The notes under the pieces are model-generated. The model had not been told where the DNA came from and did not search any database. It saw only the letters and a list, made by a program, of their open reading frames with translations. The translations under genes were made by a program, and so were the position numbers. From assembly GCA_029572955.1 (NCBI GenBank), contig JAKPQE010000179.1:83650-147649 (forward strand): a DNA stretch of 64,000 bases, given 5' to 3'. Position 1 is the first letter of the stretch; each line of letters starts with the position of its first letter. Below are positions 36,733 to 47,184 of the stretch, piece after piece. This DNA comes from Pseudomonadota bacterium. GTDB taxonomy: Bacteria; Pseudomonadota; Alphaproteobacteria; Rhizobiales; JAKPQE01.

Positions 36733-37622
36733 CACCCGACTGGTGGGAAGCGTTCGTCGGCCGCTTCGAGGCGGCGCTGGGTCGTGTCCGCATCAATGCC
36801 GGCGAACTCGTCGACATCGTCGACAGCCACGAGTTCGCCAAGGGCAGGGCGCCGCGCTCGCCCGGCGGGCATCCGTGGTGGGCGATCCTCACCGTCGCCG
36901 GGCTCGCGATCGTCCTTTCCTATCTCCTTCTCGACGAGCCCGTCGCCCGCGGCCTGCGCCAGATCGGCGGCGATCCGACCGGCTTTTTCCGGGCGATTAC
37001 CGATCTCGGCCTCGCCGTCTGGTATCTCGTGCCGACCGGCATCGTCGTCGTCGTTGCCGCGATCTCCGAGCCGCTGCGCGTCGTCGACCGGGCCTCGGCG
37101 CGCATCGCCACCTTCGTCGGCCGGGCCGCGTTCCTGTTCGTCTCGGTCGGCGGCATCAGCCTCGCCGTCGGCATCCTGAAACGCGCCATCGGCCGCGCCC
37201 GCCCGAAGCTGATCGAAACGCTCGGCGCGCACGACTTCTCGCCGTTCAGCATCGACGGCGCCTTTGCGAGCCTGCCGTCCGGCCATGCGACGACGATTGG
37301 CGCGCTCGCCGTCGCCCTCGGCCTGATGCTGCCGCGCTGGCGCCTCGTCTTCTGGTTCCTCGGCGCGCTCGTCGCGCTGAGCCGGGTCATGGTCGGCGCC
37401 CACTATCCGAGCGACGTCATCGCCGGCCTCCTGATCGGCGGGCTGGCGACGTGGCTCCTCGCCGCATGGGCCGCGCGGCGGCGTTTGGTCTTTCAGGTTG
37501 CCGCCGACGGCACTATAAGGACGCGCGGCCGCCGGCTTCTCCGCCGGCCGGCCGCCTTCGGCTCGGCGCTCGCCGGGCTGTTGCGCCGAATGACGAGGAG
37601 CCTGCGCGGCCAGTCAGCCTGA
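36729..37622 (+). CDS. PAP2 phosphatase (LpxE-like)
   Basis: KRAIGRARP, PSGH, SRVMVGAHYPSD. Confidence 0.9.
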   Translation: MTPDWWEAFVGRFEAALGRVRINAGELVDIVDSHEFAKGRAPRSPGGHPWWAILTVAGLAIVLSYLLLDEPVARGLRQIGGDPTGFFRAITDLGLAVWYLVPTGIVVVVAAISEPLRVVDRASARIATFVGRAAFLFVSVGGISLAVGILKRAIGRARPKLIETLGAHDFSPFSIDGAFASLPSGHATTIGALAVALGLMLPRWRLVFWFLGALVALSRVMVGAHYPSDVIAGLLIGGLATWLLAAWAARRRLVFQVAADGTIRTRGRRLLRRPAAFGSALAGLLRRMTRSLRGQSA

Positions 37623-37651
37623 CCCCGCCGGCCTCGAACCGGACCGAAGCG

Positions 37652-38440
37652 ATGACCGAGACCGACAGCGCCGCGACGCCGATGATCCCGCCCGTCGAAA
37701 TGCATGTTCCCGCCGTGTCGGTGGTGATCCCGTGCAAGGACGAAGCCGACAATCTCGCCTTTCTCGTCGACGAGATCGCGACCGCGCTCGCCGGCCGTAC
37801 CTTCGAGGTGATCGTCGTCGACGACGGCTCGACCGACGGCACCGGCAACCTCCTCGCCAGGAAGCGGGCCGACGGCCGGCCCTGGCTGCGCCATGTCCGC
37901 CATGCCGCGTCCTGCGGCCAGAGCGCCTCGGTGCGCACCGGCGTGCTGCTCGCCAAGGGCCGCATCGTCGCGACCATCGACGGCGACGGCCAGAACGATC
38001 CGGCCTACATTCCCGCTCTCGTCGACGCCGTGGAGAAGGCCGGGCCGACCGTCGCGCTCGCCGCCGGCCAGCGCCTGAAGCGCAAGGCGAGCCTTGCCAA
38101 GAAATACGGCTCGAAGATCGCCAACGCCGTGCGCGGCTGGCTGCTCGACGACGGCACCCGCGATACCGGCTGCGGCCTCAAGGCGGTGCGCCGCGAGGTG
38201 TTCCTGCTGCTGCCCTATTTCGACAGCTGGCACCGCTTCCTTCCGGCCCTCGTGCTGCGCGAGGGCTACCGCGTCGTCCATGTCGACGTGGTCGACCGCG
38301 AGCGCCGTCACGGCGCGTCGAAATACGGCATCTGGGACCGCTTCTGGATCGGCGTGCTCGACCTCTTCGGCGTGTGGTGGCTGCGCCGCCGGCGCAAGAA
38401 CATCCCCGAGGTGAAGGAGATGACCATCGATGTCGGGTGA
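37652..38440 (+). CDS. GT2 polyprenyl-phosphate glycosyltransferase (DPM1/RgtE-like)
   Basis: VVDDGSTD, TIDGDGQNDP, DTGCGLK, HRFLPAL. Confidence 0.92.
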   Translation: MTETDSAATPMIPPVEMHVPAVSVVIPCKDEADNLAFLVDEIATALAGRTFEVIVVDDGSTDGTGNLLARKRADGRPWLRHVRHAASCGQSASVRTGVLLAKGRIVATIDGDGQNDPAYIPALVDAVEKAGPTVALAAGQRLKRKASLAKKYGSKIANAVRGWLLDDGTRDTGCGLKAVRREVFLLLPYFDSWHRFLPALVLREGYRVVHVDVVDRERRHGASKYGIWDRFWIGVLDLFGVWWLRRRRKNIPEVKEMTIDVG

Positions 38441-38762
38441 TATCCTCGGCGCTCTCGGCGCCTGGCTGCACGAAGTCTTCGTCGCCCAATTCGACGTCTG
38501 GATCGCCCTCGGCTTCGTCGCGCAGGTGATGTTCACCATGCGCTTCGTCGTCCAGTGGATCGCCAGCGAAAAGGCCCGGCGCTCGGTCGTGCCGGTCGCC
38601 TTCTGGTTCTTCTCGCTCGGCGGCGGCGCGCTCCTGTTCGTCTATGCGATCTACCGCAAGGACCCGGTGTTCATCGCCGGCCAGGGCGCCGGCCTCGTCA
38701 TTTATCTCCGGAACCTCTGGTTCATCTTCCGCGAGCACAAGCTGCACCCGGCCGAAAGCTGA
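38430..38762 (+). CDS. lipid-A-disaccharide synthase N-terminal (LAB_N) domain membrane protein
   Basis: RFVVQWIASE, SVVPVAFW, DPVFIAGQ. Confidence 0.9.
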   Translation: MSGDILGALGAWLHEVFVAQFDVWIALGFVAQVMFTMRFVVQWIASEKARRSVVPVAFWFFSLGGGALLFVYAIYRKDPVFIAGQGAGLVIYLRNLWFIFREHKLHPAES

Positions 38763-38780
38763 CCGGGGCACGGGCGCCGC

Positions 38781-39755
38781 TCAGGGCGCCTCGGCCGGCT
38801 CGAGAAACAGGATCTTCAGGTCCTTTTCCGGCACGAAGTTCGTCGCCGTCCACTCGAAGGTGGTCGGCCCGGTCTTCTTGATGCCGTCCAGGCAGAGCGA
38901 AACGAGCCAGTAGGGATCGCGCTTGTCGATCACGAGGCGGAACTCGCCGATTTCGCCCGACCAGTTGCGCGCCGTCTGCAGTATGTAAGAGAGGCGGTGC
39001 GTGTACATCATCTCGTGGCCGCTTTCCGCCAAAGCCTTCGCCGCCGCCTCGCTGGTGCCCTCGTCGATGCAGTAGTCGGCGAACTCGTCCCCGGCATATT
39101 GCGGATAGTAGAAGCTCGACCCGACCACCGGCTTATAGGTGTGGCTGACCGAGACGGTCTTGCCAGCCGGGAAGGTCTGCTTCCACCAGAAGGTCGTCTT
39201 CAAGAGCCAGCGCGGCAGGGCGAAGTCGGGCCCGTCCCATTCGGCGATGCCGCGCGTCTGGTAGTCGGCCCGGCGATCGGCCGGGAGCGCGAGCAGCACG
39301 TTGCCGACGCCTTCGAGCAGCGGATTGAGCGGCACGCCGTCTGCCTTCAGCGTGTCGGTGACGTCGAGGCCGACGGCGAAGGCCTTCTGCTCGGTCTGGA
39401 AGGCGACCGGCTTGCCGTCGATCGTCACCTGGAAGTCGACGAAATTGACCGGCGCACCGGTGACCGCCTCGACGCCGACGTCGCCGAGTTCGTCCATGTC
39501 GACATCGGGCAGCGGGAAGGCGACGAGCACCGTCTGGTCCTTCTCGCCGACATTCTCGAAGGTGTAGTCGACCTGGATCTCGCCGGGACCGATGGTCAGC
39601 ACCTCGGTCTGCATGCGGATGTCGTAGTTGCGCACCAGAACGATGCCGCCGGCGGCGAGTTCGGCGGTGGAATCGTTGGCAAACGCCGGCCCGGCGGCAG
39701 CGCCGAGCGCGAGGCCGAGACCGAAAACGCGGACAGCAGACGAAAGACGGCTCAT
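38781..39755 (-). CDS. DUF4424-like secreted protein
   Basis: Signal peptide, ANDSTAELAAGG, YILQTARNWSGEIGEF. Confidence 0.8.
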   Translation of the reverse strand: MSRLSSAVRVFGLGLALGAAAGPAFANDSTAELAAGGIVLVRNYDIRMQTEVLTIGPGEIQVDYTFENVGEKDQTVLVAFPLPDVDMDELGDVGVEAVTGAPVNFVDFQVTIDGKPVAFQTEQKAFAVGLDVTDTLKADGVPLNPLLEGVGNVLLALPADRRADYQTRGIAEWDGPDFALPRWLLKTTFWWKQTFPAGKTVSVSHTYKPVVGSSFYYPQYAGDEFADYCIDEGTSEAAAKALAESGHEMMYTHRLSYILQTARNWSGEIGEFRLVIDKRDPYWLVSLCLDGIKKTGPTTFEWTATNFVPEKDLKILFLEPAEAP

Positions 39756-39933
39756 CGGAGACCTCCCCAGAACCCCGTGCGTCGAGCGGTGCCCCGTCTG
39801 TCGGCGACCCGAATCGGTGACACCGCGATGACACAGAGAATGGCTGCCACTCGTGGCAGAGAAAAGACCGGCGCGCCGCAGATGCGCCGGTTTTCACCAT
39901 GAGGTGCGAAGGGGAGGCGCGTTTCGGCGCGGC

Positions 39934-41103
39934 TCAGCCGGCCAGGCGGTCGAATCCGGCGGCAAGATCGGCGAGGAGGTCCTCGACGTCCTCGAGCCCG
40001 ATATGGAAGCGCACCAGCGGGCCTTCCGCCTGCCAGGTCGTCGCCGTGCGATAGCCGCGCGGATCGGCATGGATCGCGAGGCTCTCGAAGCCGCCCCAGG
40101 AATAGCCGAGGCCGAAAAGCGCGAGGCCGTCGAGCATCGCCTTCACCCGTTCCATCGCAACGTCGTGGAGGACGACGCCGAGGAGACCGCTCGCGCCGGA
40201 AAAGTCGCGCCGCCAGAGCGCATGGCCGGGATCGCTCTCGAGCGCCGGATAGAGCACCCGCGCGACCTCGGGGCGGCCTTCGAGCCAGCGGGCGACCTTC
40301 AGCGCACTTTCCTGATGGCGGGCGAGGCGCACCCCCATGGTGCGCAGGCCGCGCAGCGCCAGATAGATGTCGTCCGGGCCGACCGCCTGGCCCATCGCGC
40401 CATGCGTCGCCTTCAGCGCTTTCCAGGCGCCCTCGCTGGCCGAGACGGTGCCGAGCATCACGTCGGAATGGCCGACGATGTATTTGGTGCCGGCCTGGAT
40501 CGAGAGGTCGACGCCGTGGGCGAGCGGCTTGAAGAACAGCGGCGTCGCCCAGGTATTGTCCATGAGCACGGTGGCGCCGCGCGCCTTCGCGGCCGCCGTG
40601 ATCGCCGGCACGTCCTGCATCTCGAAGGTCTGCGAGCCCGGCGCCTCGACGAACACCGCCCGCGTTTTCCCCCGCATGACCGAGCCGATATCGGCTCCGA
40701 TCAGCGGATCGAAGTAGCTCGTCTCGATGCCGAGCCGGGACAGCACCGTGTCGCAGAGATGCCGCGTCGGCTGGTAGACGCTGTCGGTCACGAGCAGGTG
40801 GTCGCCGGCCGAAAGGCAGGAGAGGAGGGCGATCGAGATCGCGCCGAGGCCGGAGGGCGCGAGCACCGACCCGGCCGATCCCTCGAGCGCGTCGAGCGCT
40901 TCCTCGAGCGCCTCGCTCGTCGGCGTGCCGCGGCGCCCGTAGGTGTAGCGCGCGCCTTTCGAGGTCATCGCGTCGACCGTCTCGAACAGCACCGTCGAGG
41001 CGTGGATCACCGGCGGATTGACGAAACCGTGGTTCTCGTGGGGGTGCCGGCCGGCGGTGACGAGGAGGGTGTCGGGGCGCTGATCGCTGGTCTTCGAGCT
41101 CAT
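39934..41103 (-). CDS. metC: cystathionine beta-lyase
   Basis: YGRRGTPT, MDNTWATP, AGTKYIVGHSD, GYSWGGFESL. Confidence 0.95.
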   Translation of the reverse strand: MSSKTSDQRPDTLLVTAGRHPHENHGFVNPPVIHASTVLFETVDAMTSKGARYTYGRRGTPTSEALEEALDALEGSAGSVLAPSGLGAISIALLSCLSAGDHLLVTDSVYQPTRHLCDTVLSRLGIETSYFDPLIGADIGSVMRGKTRAVFVEAPGSQTFEMQDVPAITAAAKARGATVLMDNTWATPLFFKPLAHGVDLSIQAGTKYIVGHSDVMLGTVSASEGAWKALKATHGAMGQAVGPDDIYLALRGLRTMGVRLARHQESALKVARWLEGRPEVARVLYPALESDPGHALWRRDFSGASGLLGVVLHDVAMERVKAMLDGLALFGLGYSWGGFESLAIHADPRGYRTATTWQAEGPLVRFHIGLEDVEDLLADLAAGFDRLAG

Positions 41104-41368
41104 CTGTTTCGATTCCTGCTCATTGCTGCACTGCCGCATCTTTTTTGGCGGTCGGTGATCGACTTATAGGCGGCTCATCCCCTTGACCAAAGTCGAAGAA
41201 TGGCCTGTGATGCCTTTCCGTGACGATTTGATCGCACCACCGCGGTGCGCCCGGCCGCCCGGTCGGAGAAGCGGGCCGGTTTCGCGGCAGGAGTTTGGGG
41301 CAGCGGCCGGCGACGCGACAGATCGACGAGAACAATATCTTCAACAACGAAACAGAGAAGGCTCCACC

Positions 41369-42385
41369 ATGAAAAAAGCGATTGTGAGCGTGGTTGTCGG
41401 CGTAACGCTCGGTGTTGCCGCGACCGCGGCGTCCGCCGGCACGCTCGACGACGTCAAGGCGAAGGGCTTCATTCAGTGCGGCGTCAACCCGGGTCTGCCG
41501 GGCTTCTCCAATCCCGATGACAAGGGCAACTGGACCGGCATCGACGTCGACGTCTGCCGTGCGGTCGCCGCCGCCGTCTTCGGCGACACGACGAAGGTGA
41601 AGTTCACCCCGCTTTCGGCCAAGGAGCGCTTCACCGCCCTCCAGACCGGCGAAATCGACATGCTGTCGCGCAACTCGACCTGGACGATGAGCCGCGACAC
41701 CTCCCTCGGCCTCAACTTCACCGGCATCACCTATTACGACGGCCAGGGCTTCATGGTCCGCAAGTCGCTCGGCGTCACCTCGGCGCTCGAACTGTCCGGC
41801 GCCAGCGTCTGCACCCAGACCGGCACCACCACCGAGCTGAACATCGCCGACTTCTTCCGCTCCAACAACATGCCGTACGAGATCGTCGCCTTCGAGAAGA
41901 ACGACGAAGTCGTCCAGGCCTATGATGCCGGCCGCTGCGACGTGCATTCGACGGACGCCTCGGGCCTCCACGCCGAACGCCTCAAGCTGACCAACCCGGG
42001 CGACCACGTGATCCTGCCGGAAATCATTTCCAAGGAGCCGCTCGGCCCGGTCGTGCGTCAGGGTGACGACGGCTGGTTCAACGTCGTGAAGTGGACCCTC
42101 TTCGCCATGGTCAATGCCGAAGAGCTCGGCGTCACCTCCAAGAACGTCGACGAGATGAAGGCCTCCGAGAATCCGGAGATCAAGCGCCTGCTCGGCACCG
42201 AAGGCGCCTTCGGCGAGGGCATCGCCCTCGGCAACGACTGGGCCTACAACATCGTCAAGATGGTCGGCAATTACGGCGAGATCTTCGACGCCAATGTCGG
42301 CCCCGACACCCCGCTCGGCATCTCCCGCGGCCTGAACGCGCTGTGGAAGAACGGCGGCCTGCAGTACGCTCCGCCGGTCCGCTGA
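41369..42385 (+). CDS. aapJ: general L-amino acid ABC transporter, binding protein
   Basis: RFTALQTGEIDMLSRNSTWT, ISKEPLGP, GNYGE. Confidence 0.93.
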   Translation: MKKAIVSVVVGVTLGVAATAASAGTLDDVKAKGFIQCGVNPGLPGFSNPDDKGNWTGIDVDVCRAVAAAVFGDTTKVKFTPLSAKERFTALQTGEIDMLSRNSTWTMSRDTSLGLNFTGITYYDGQGFMVRKSLGVTSALELSGASVCTQTGTTTELNIADFFRSNNMPYEIVAFEKNDEVVQAYDAGRCDVHSTDASGLHAERLKLTNPGDHVILPEIISKEPLGPVVRQGDDGWFNVVKWTLFAMVNAEELGVTSKNVDEMKASENPEIKRLLGTEGAFGEGIALGNDWAYNIVKMVGNYGEIFDANVGPDTPLGISRGLNALWKNGGLQYAPPVR

Positions 42386-42527
42386 TCACGGGCCACGCGA
42401 TGCGGCCGGCGCCTCGCGCGCCGGCCGCAGCAAGCCGGACGCCGCACTGCCGCGCCTTTTTGGCGCTGCATAACAAAAAAGCCGAGCGGCCGGACAATGC
42501 GACGAAAACGTGCCGAGGGGGGACGTG

Positions 42528-43718
42528 ATGGCTGGCGCTCGAACGGCCGAAGAGGCCGCCAAGAAGGTCGCCTGGATCAATGATCCGAGGATTCGGGGCC
42601 TCGCCTACCAGATCGTGTTGATCGCGATCATCGTGTTGCTCGGCTACGAGTTCATCCACAACGCCGCGCTGAACCTCGAAAAGCAGAATATCGCGTCGGG
42701 CTTCGGCTTCCTGAAGAACACCTCCGGCTTTGCCATCGTCCAGACGCTGATCGACTATTCCGAGGAGTCGAGCTACGGCCGGGTCTTCTTCGTCGGCCTC
42801 CTCAACACCATCCTCGTGGCCGTCATCGGCATCGTGCTCGCGACCGTGATCGGCTTCGTCGTCGGCATCGCCCGCCTGTCGAACAACTGGGTGATCTCGC
42901 GCGTCGCCACGGTCTATGTCGAGCTCGTCCGCAACATCCCGCTGCTCCTGCAGCTCTTCTTCTGGTATTTCGCGGTCCTGCGCTCGCTGCCCAATCCGCG
43001 CCAGAGCCTCGAGATCTCCGGCAGCGTCTTCCTCAACAACCGCGGTTTCTTCCTGCCGAAGCCGGTGTTCGGCGAGGGGGCAGGGCTCATCGGCATCGCC
43101 CTCATCGTGGCGATCGTCGCGACCGTGGCGATCAGGTTCTGGGCGCATCGGCGCCAGGACCGCACGGGCAGGATTTTTCCGGTGTTCTGGACCGGCGTCG
43201 GGCTGTTGGTCGGCCTGCCGCTCGTGGCCTTCCTCGTCGCCGGCATGCCGGTCACGCTCGACTATTCGGTCCTCAAGGGCTTCAACTTCGTCGGCGGCCT
43301 CCGGGTCATTCCGGAATTCGTCGGCCTCGTGCTCGCGCTGTCGATCTACACGGCGACCTTCATCGCCGAGATCGTGCGCGCCGGCATCCTCGCCGTCAGC
43401 CACGGCCAGACCGAGGCCTCCTACTCGCTCGGCCTCAGGCCCGGCCCGACGCTGCGCCTCGTCGTCATCCCGCAGGCCATGCGCGTGATCATTCCGCCGC
43501 TGACCAGCCAGTATCTCAACCTGACCAAGAATTCCTCGCTCGCCGTGGCGATCGCCTATCCCGACCTCGTCTCGGTCTTCGCCGGAACGGTGCTGAACCA
43601 GACCGGCCAGGCGGTCGAGGTTCTGCTGATCACCATGCTGGTCTATCTCGGCCTCAGCCTCGTCACCTCGCTGTTCATGAACTGGTACAACGCCCGAATG
43701 GCGTTGGTCGAGCGCTGA
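42528..43718 (+). CDS. aapQ: amino acid ABC transporter permease
   Basis: RNIPLLLQ, AEIVRAGI, YLNLTKNSSL. Confidence 0.92.
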   Translation: MAGARTAEEAAKKVAWINDPRIRGLAYQIVLIAIIVLLGYEFIHNAALNLEKQNIASGFGFLKNTSGFAIVQTLIDYSEESSYGRVFFVGLLNTILVAVIGIVLATVIGFVVGIARLSNNWVISRVATVYVELVRNIPLLLQLFFWYFAVLRSLPNPRQSLEISGSVFLNNRGFFLPKPVFGEGAGLIGIALIVAIVATVAIRFWAHRRQDRTGRIFPVFWTGVGLLVGLPLVAFLVAGMPVTLDYSVLKGFNFVGGLRVIPEFVGLVLALSIYTATFIAEIVRAGILAVSHGQTEASYSLGLRPGPTLRLVVIPQAMRVIIPPLTSQYLNLTKNSSLAVAIAYPDLVSVFAGTVLNQTGQAVEVLLITMLVYLGLSLVTSLFMNWYNARMALVER

Positions 43719-43733
43719 GCGGGGAGACGTGTC

Positions 43734-45071
43734 ATGACCGATCGATCGATCGCCTTCGTCCGCACCGAATATGTCGAAAAGCTGCCGGCGCCCAAGACCA
43801 CCATCGGTCCCGTCGCCTGGATGCGCGAGCATCTGTTCTCCAGCATCCCGAACGCCATCCTGACCTTCCTCGGCCTCTACATCATCTACCTCGTCGTCCC
43901 GCCGGTCATCGAGTTCGCCCTCGTCAACGCGGTCTGGACCGGCGAGGGCCGCGATGCCTGCCTCGGTTCGGAGGGCGCCTGCTGGGCCTATGTCGGGGCC
44001 TATTTCGAGCAGTTCATCTACGGCCGTTATCCCGATGCCGAACGCTGGCGCGTGGATCTGGTGTTCTCCGCCGGCGCCCTCGGCCTCGTGCCGATGCTGA
44101 TGCCGACGGTGCCGTTCAAGCGCGCCAACGCCATCTTCCTGCTCGGCGTCTATCCGGTCGCCGCCTTCGTCCTGCTGACCGGCGGCCACGTCGACCTCAA
44201 CGGCTTCCTGCTGCCCGACGCCCTGATGGCGCCCTCGACCCTGAAATTCTGGGTCGACTACGGCATCGTCGCGGCCGTTTTGGCCGGCGGCGCCGCCTTC
44301 CTCACGGCGCAGGCCGGTGCCGACATCCGCAATACGGTGAGGGTGGTGCTCGGGATCTTCGCGATCCTCGGCCTCGCGATCTTCTTTGCCGGTTTCGATT
44401 TCGGCCTCGAGCGGGTCGAGACCGACGTCTGGGGCGGCCTCCTCGTCACGCTCGTCGTCGCCATCACCGGCATCGTCGCCTCGCTGCCGCTCGGCATCGT
44501 GCTCGCCCTCGGCCGGCGCTCCAAGCTGCCCGCCGTCCGCCTGATGTCGGTGATCTTCATCGAGGCCTGGCGCGGCGTGCCGCTGATCACCGTGCTGTTC
44601 ATGTCGAGCGTGATGCTGCCGCTGTTCCTGCCCGAGGGCGTCACCTTCGACAAGCTGCTGCGGGCGCTCATCGGCGTTGCGCTGTTTTCCTCGGCCTACA
44701 TGGCCGAGAACGTGCGCGGCGGCCTGCAGGCGATCCCGAAGGGCCAGTACGAGGGCGCCCAGGCCCTCGGCCTCACCTATTGGCAGATGATGGGGCTCAT
44801 CGTCCTGCCGCAGGCCCTCAAGCTCGTCATCCCGGGCATCGTCAACACCTTCATCAGCCTGTTCAAGGACACCACCCTCGTCCTCATCATCGGGCTGTTC
44901 GACCTTCTCGGGCAGATCCAGTCGTCCTTCACGGACCCGACCTGGGCCACGCCCTACACCTCACACACGGGATATCTGTTCGCCGCGATGGTCTTCTGGG
45001 CCTTCTGCTTCAGCATGTCCCGCTATTCGATTTTCATGGAACGCCGGCTCGACACGGGCCACAAGCGGTAA
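43734..45071 (+). CDS. aapM: amino acid ABC transporter permease
   Basis: RGVPLIT, AENVRGGLQA, FKDTTLV. Confidence 0.92.
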   Translation: MTDRSIAFVRTEYVEKLPAPKTTIGPVAWMREHLFSSIPNAILTFLGLYIIYLVVPPVIEFALVNAVWTGEGRDACLGSEGACWAYVGAYFEQFIYGRYPDAERWRVDLVFSAGALGLVPMLMPTVPFKRANAIFLLGVYPVAAFVLLTGGHVDLNGFLLPDALMAPSTLKFWVDYGIVAAVLAGGAAFLTAQAGADIRNTVRVVLGIFAILGLAIFFAGFDFGLERVETDVWGGLLVTLVVAITGIVASLPLGIVLALGRRSKLPAVRLMSVIFIEAWRGVPLITVLFMSSVMLPLFLPEGVTFDKLLRALIGVALFSSAYMAENVRGGLQAIPKGQYEGAQALGLTYWQMMGLIVLPQALKLVIPGIVNTFISLFKDTTLVLIIGLFDLLGQIQSSFTDPTWATPYTSHTGYLFAAMVFWAFCFSMSRYSIFMERRLDTGHKR

Positions 45072-45083
45072 GGGAGTAGCCCG

Positions 45084-45878
45084 ATGACCGGACATGACCT
45101 CAGCGCCGAGGCCCTGCAGGCCGACCGCACGAAGATGAAGGTCTCCGACGAGGTGGCGGTCGAAATGACCGGCGTGCACAAGTGGTATGGCGATTTCCAC
45201 GTGCTGCGCGACATCAACCTCAAGGTGATGAAGGGCGAGCGCATCGTCATCTGCGGCCCGTCCGGTTCCGGCAAGTCGACGATGATCCGCTGCATCAATC
45301 GTCTCGAGGAGCACCAGAAGGGCACGATCGTCGTCGACGGCATCGAGCTGACCAACGATTTGAAGCGCATCGACGAGATCCGCCGCGAAGTCGGCATGGT
45401 GTTCCAGCACTTCAATCTCTTCCCGCACCTCACCATCCTCGAGAACTGCACACTGGCGCCGATCTGGGTGCGCAACATGCCCAAGAAAGAGGCCGAGGAG
45501 GTCGCCATGCAGTACCTGACCCGGGTCAAGATCCCGGAGCAGGCCAACAAATATCCGGGGCAGCTCTCCGGCGGTCAGCAGCAGCGCGTCGCGATCGCCC
45601 GCTCGCTGTGCATGAACCCGCGCATCATGCTGTTCGACGAGCCGACCTCGGCCCTCGACCCGGAGATGATCAAGGAAGTGCTGGAGGTCATGGTCGACCT
45701 CGCCGAAGAAGGCATGACCATGCTCTGCGTGACCCACGAAATGGGCTTTGCCCGTCAGGTCGCCAACCGCGTGATCTTCATGGACTACGGCCAGATCATC
45801 GAGCAGAACGAGCCCGAAGAGTTCTTCAACAATCCGCAGCACGATCGCACCAAGCTGTTCCTCAGCCAGATCCTGTGA
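45084..45878 (+). CDS. aapP: amino acid ABC transporter ATPase
   Basis: [26 protein letters not shown]. Confidence 0.94.
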   Translation: MTGHDLSAEALQADRTKMKVSDEVAVEMTGVHKWYGDFHVLRDINLKVMKGERIVICGPSGSGKSTMIRCINRLEEHQKGTIVVDGIELTNDLKRIDEIRREVGMVFQHFNLFPHLTILENCTLAPIWVRNMPKKEAEEVAMQYLTRVKIPEQANKYPGQLSGGQQQRVAIARSLCMNPRIMLFDEPTSALDPEMIKEVLEVMVDLAEEGMTMLCVTHEMGFARQVANRVIFMDYGQIIEQNEPEEFFNNPQHDRTKLFLSQIL

Positions 45879-46275
45879 TCCGGCGGCGCGCCTGCCATCG
45901 AGTGCTTTGAGCGGGGTGCCGCCGGCCGGCGCTCCCGATGCCTGCCCGGTGCTGTCCCGGACGGCACCGGTGCGCTGAATCGCGCGCAGGCTTCACGCCC
46001 CCGAGGGGGGCTTCCGAAGAAGACAGAGAGGGCGTGAAGGGAGTCCGCCGCCCGGGGGGGCGGCCGGGCGGCGGTGCCAGGGTGAAGACCGAGGTCCTCA
46101 CTCGGGCCAAGGCGTCGGACGCAGCGGGCGTAGGTGGGGTTCGGTTTCCGCCCGCCGCGTCGACAGTCGCATCCCGGCACATTTGGCTGGCCGAGGAATG
46201 ACGCCGGCCGCACAACCCTTGCGGATCAGCGGCCGGCCGCCGCGGTAGCTCCCCTTGAAACCGCGGCCGGCACCT

Positions 46276-46839
46276 TTACTTCAGCGGATCGAGGAGGTCG
46301 GTGACCCGCCGGATGGTGACGCGCCGGTTCCGCGCGTCGGATTTCTTCGTCTTGACGAGCAGGAACTCCTCGCCATAGCCGGCAACCGCGATCGCCGGGG
46401 CAGGGATGCCGAAGCGACCGATCAGCGCCGCCGCGACGGCTTCGGCCCGCGCCGCCGAGATCTTGAGGTTCGAGGCGGCCGAACCGGTCGCATCGGTATG
46501 GCCCTCGACGAGGAACACATCGAACGGCCGCACCGAGAGAATCTCCTTCAGCGCCATGGCAATGTCGCCAACGGCAGCCATGTCCGCTTCGGTGAGTTCG
46601 GCCTTGCCCGACGCGAACCGAATGCCGGCAATGTCGATCGACGGCATCTCGGCCCGGATCTTCTCGTTGCCCTTGATCGCATCGATCGAATAGCTCGGTC
46701 CGGTTCCCAGTGCGGTCCCGGTCGGCTTAGCCAGCGCGGCAAAGATGTCCGCGGCCGACGTCGCCATCGCGCTGCCGGAAAAGACCAGCGCCATGCCGGC
46801 TCCCAACAACGCGCTCTTGATGAATGTTCCCGTCGCCAT
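46276..46839 (-). CDS. OmpA/Pal-like peptidoglycan-binding domain protein
   Basis: Signal peptide, EGHTDATG, NLKISAARA, GYGE, NRRV. Confidence 0.88.
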   Translation of the reverse strand: MATGTFIKSALLGAGMALVFSGSAMATSAADIFAALAKPTGTALGTGPSYSIDAIKGNEKIRAEMPSIDIAGIRFASGKAELTEADMAAVGDIAMALKEILSVRPFDVFLVEGHTDATGSAASNLKISAARAEAVAAALIGRFGIPAPAIAVAGYGEEFLLVKTKKSDARNRRVTIRRVTDLLDPLK

Positions 46840-47184
46840 ATCCCGTCTCTCCGGCACGGCTTCGCGTCGCCCTGATCGGCGTCCCCTCGCTCCGCGGTGC
46901 ATTTGGCCGAATGGGCCTTCGTTGTCAGCAGGTTAGGCCCGCCAACGGCCGCTTTGGAAGGGCTCGAGAGAGCGTCCTTTGGTCTCATGACATTGAATTT
47001 AAAGGGAAATGCCGTTTTGTCAGGAGTCCGCACGCGACCCCTCGGAAATCCCCGTGGGTCCGATTTCGAACTGTTTCAAAGAGATGGGCGCCACCATTCG
47101 GCGCACTCGTGCAATCAGTTCGCAAGTGCAGCAAACAAATCATGACAACGTGTCATGGCAACTTTTTCGGCAGTAAAACGGCGC

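Noticed and set aside
46020-46200. Similarity to RNase P RNA, 6S RNA or a group II intron 3' end
   Set aside because: Only short partial word matches; the conserved cores (GAGGAAAGTCC, domain V AGC hairpin) are absent
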